Of a stretch of DNA of 38,183 nt, positions 36,267-38,183 are shown piece by piece. The stretch is taken from IMG/VR virus record IMGVR_UViG_2541047893_000009, positions 1 through 38,183 of that record. One strand, given 5' to 3'. Under the pieces are notes generated by a model. That model was given only the letters and a program-made list of their open reading frames with translations, was not told the origin of the DNA and ran no database searches. The DNA is from a virus. Taxonomy: Duplodnaviria; Heunggongvirae; Uroviricota; Caudoviricetes. Every line of letters begins with the position of its first letter. Positions within the stretch are counted from its first letter, which is position 1. A program made the translations under genes and the position numbers.

Positions 36267-38183
36267 ATGTCGGGACAGTTTTCAGTCGGCGTTGTTATCG
36301 GCGGGATGATTGGCAGCACATTCCGTTCTGCAATGAGCGGTACCCGCCGTGCGCTTGATTCCCTGAGCGATACCTCACGCCGCCTGCAGGAACGTCAGAA
36401 CGCTTTAACCCGTGCAACAGAACGTTATGGTCAACTGGGTTCTTCCCGGATGCAGCATCTCAACAGCGAGCTGCTGCGGGTAAGCCGCACCATGGAGCAA
36501 ATTGAGCGCCAGCAGCGCCGTCTGTCAGCGGCATCCGCTACCAGTGATGCGCTGAAAGCTAACCGCATGGCGCTGTATGGTCAGGGGATTGAAGCGTATG
36601 GCATGGCACAGACTGTTTATCATACGGTTTCCCCTGCCGTTCAGCAGTCCATGTCTTTTCAGGACAAAATGATTGATATGTCGATCACCGCAAAATATGA
36701 CAATAAAACGCGGGATGCACTTGCCGGACAGATAAAAGGCTGGGCGCTTAAATACAATCAGTATCAGGATGAGCTGCAGGAGGCGGTGGGTTCACTCATC
36801 AGCGACAATATTGATAATGTGTCAGATATCGGTTTTCTGATGCCGGATATTGCCCGCGCGGCAACGGCAACACGCACGTCTGCTCAGGACTGGGCAAAAG
36901 TGGCCGCAGTCTGGCAAAACTCCCTGAAAGGTGCGGCCAGAGATTTTGGTGCCGTTCAGAATATTATGGCTTATGCCGGTGACCAGGGGTCATTTGAAAT
37001 CCCGGATCAGGTCAAGTGGATGCAGTCCCTGGCCCCAATGATGGCGGGTCTTGCCAGTGGAAAAGAGGCTGTTGCTGAAATCGGGGCCAGTCTCCAGATA
37101 GCAAAAATCGGTGCAGGTTCCACCGACGAAGCAGCCAATAATTTTAAAAACTTTCTTACCAAAATTTTTGCCCGCGATACTCAGAAACAGTTTGCTGATC
37201 TGGGTATTGATTTGCAGGGATCTATTGCGAGTTATAAAGCTGCGGGGATCTCTCCGATTGAAGGGATGTTGAGTGTTATAGAACGTTACCTCAATGCCAA
37301 AAGCCCCGAAGCGCTGGCCGGCTTCAAATCAGCCATGAAAATAAAGAATGATACGGCAAGAGATGAGGCACTTCAGGCTCTGGCGAAAAACTTTGGTCTG
37401 GGCGATATGTTCGCGGATATGCAGGTCATGGCATTTATCCGCCCGATGCTGGCCAACATGGACAGATATCGAGAGATCCGTGCCGGTGCTCTCAGGGCTG
37501 CGGATAACGATTTGCTTGCCAGTGCTTATGATCAGCGGCTGAAATCTCCCCTTGAAGCCACTAAAACACTTATGGTCAGCAGTCGCGATCTGGCAATTAC
37601 GCTGGGCGATCAATTAGCTCCATCTTTTATTTCTCTGACTCAGGAACTGCTCCCACTCATTCAGGGGACAAAACACTGGGTAGCGACTCACCCGCAATTT
37701 GTCAGTGGGGCTTTTAAGCTCATCAGTGCGCTCCTTGCGATTAAGATAGCGACTATTGGTCTCAAACTGGGGCTGAATCTCCTTATTTCCCCCTTTGTGA
37801 ACGTCTGGAAAACTACTGTTTTACTCCGGACCAACTGGCATCGACTGACTACCGCACTCGGAGAAGGTGGCAAATTACGCTGGCTTGTCACTGGATTCAG
37901 CCGACTGACCAGCGGAGGACTGAAACTCAGCAAAGTTCTGGCGGGCAGCCTCGTTCGCGGTTTTATGAGCGCTGCACGTGCCGTTCTCTGGATTGGGCGA
38001 GCGCTGATGATGAATCCCATCGGTCTCGTTATCACCGCTGTCGCGACAGCAGCTTACCTTATCTACCGCAACTGGGGGGCTGTCAGTGGTTGGTTTAAAC
38101 AGCGCTGGGCTGACATTCAGGAAGCCTTTAACGGCGGCATTGTGGGAATTGGTAAGTTGCTGATTAACTGGTCGCCGGCAGGC
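36267..38183 (+). CDS. Tail tape measure protein, 5' partial (open reading frame continues past the window end)
   Basis: ATG at 36267 with GGAGG SD; read through to 38183 without a stop (639 codons); helix-rich, hydrophobic segments typical of tape measure; absent from the ORF track because it has no stop in the window. Confidence 0.75.
   Translation, partial: MSGQFSVGVVIGGMIGSTFRSAMSGTRRALDSLSDTSRRLQERQNALTRATERYGQLGSSRMQHLNSELLRVSRTMEQIERQQRRLSAASATSDALKANRMALYGQGIEAYGMAQTVYHTVSPAVQQSMSFQDKMIDMSITAKYDNKTRDALAGQIKGWALKYNQYQDELQEAVGSLISDNIDNVSDIGFLMPDIARAATATRTSAQDWAKVAAVWQNSLKGAARDFGAVQNIMAYAGDQGSFEIPDQVKWMQSLAPMMAGLASGKEAVAEIGASLQIAKIGAGSTDEAANNFKNFLTKIFARDTQKQFADLGIDLQGSIASYKAAGISPIEGMLSVIERYLNAKSPEALAGFKSAMKIKNDTARDEALQALAKNFGLGDMFADMQVMAFIRPMLANMDRYREIRAGALRAADNDLLASAYDQRLKSPLEATKTLMVSSRDLAITLGDQLAPSFISLTQELLPLIQGTKHWVATHPQFVSGAFKLISALLAIKIATIGLKLGLNLLISPFVNVWKTTVLLRTNWHRLTTALGEGGKLRWLVTGFSRLTSGGLKLSKVLAGSLVRGFMSAARAVLWIGRALMMNPIGLVITAVATAAYLIYRNWGAVSGWFKQRWADIQEAFNGGIVGIGKLLINWSPAG

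Larger units (their letters stand above)
11310..38183 (+). mobile_element. Mu-like transposable prophage (BcepMu/B3-like layout), partial: right end lies beyond the window; left end uncertain, probably between about 10.1 and 11.3 kb
   Basis: Contiguous Mor, GemA-like, Gam, MuB-like ATPase, DDE transposase and Ner-like genes on the minus strand; repressor, lysis, terminase, portal, Mu F/G/I/T-like head genes, sheath, tube and tape measure on the plus strand. Confidence 0.85.

Overview
The window holds three blocks. (1) 1-7644: the distal accessory module of a CP4-57/CP4-44-type integrative island, all on the minus strand: YfjP-like GTPase, YfjR-like regulator, lipoprotein, DUF905, DUF932, ArdB/KlcA-like antirestriction protein, RadC-like JAB protein, YeeT, CbeA antitoxin, CbtA toxin, and three trailing hypotheticals. 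(2) 7747-11309: an AT-rich variable segment with two convergent, stop-overlapping uncharacterised genes, then about 1.7 kb of ORF-poor DNA with iteron-like repeats. (3) 11310-38183: a Mu-like transposable prophage, partial at the right edge. Its early operon runs leftward (Ner-like, DDE transposase, MuB-like ATPase, Gam, GemA-like, Mor) and its late operon runs rightward (lysis cassette with embedded spanin, terminase, portal, F/G/I/T head genes, sheath, tube, chaperone, tape measure). This divergent layout resembles BcepMu/B3-type phages rather than Mu itself. The best candidate for an undescribed system is the AT-rich two-gene membrane-protein module translationally coupled to the prophage immunity repressor (19627-21770), which mirrors lambda cI-rexA-rexB; a convergent small P-loop gene sits beside it. 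The second candidate is the convergent gene pair at 7747-9572, at the island position where K-12 CP4-57 carries rnlAB. All family assignments are from reading the translations and from memory of these families; no database search was run. No tRNA, rRNA, CRISPR array or IS element was recognised.
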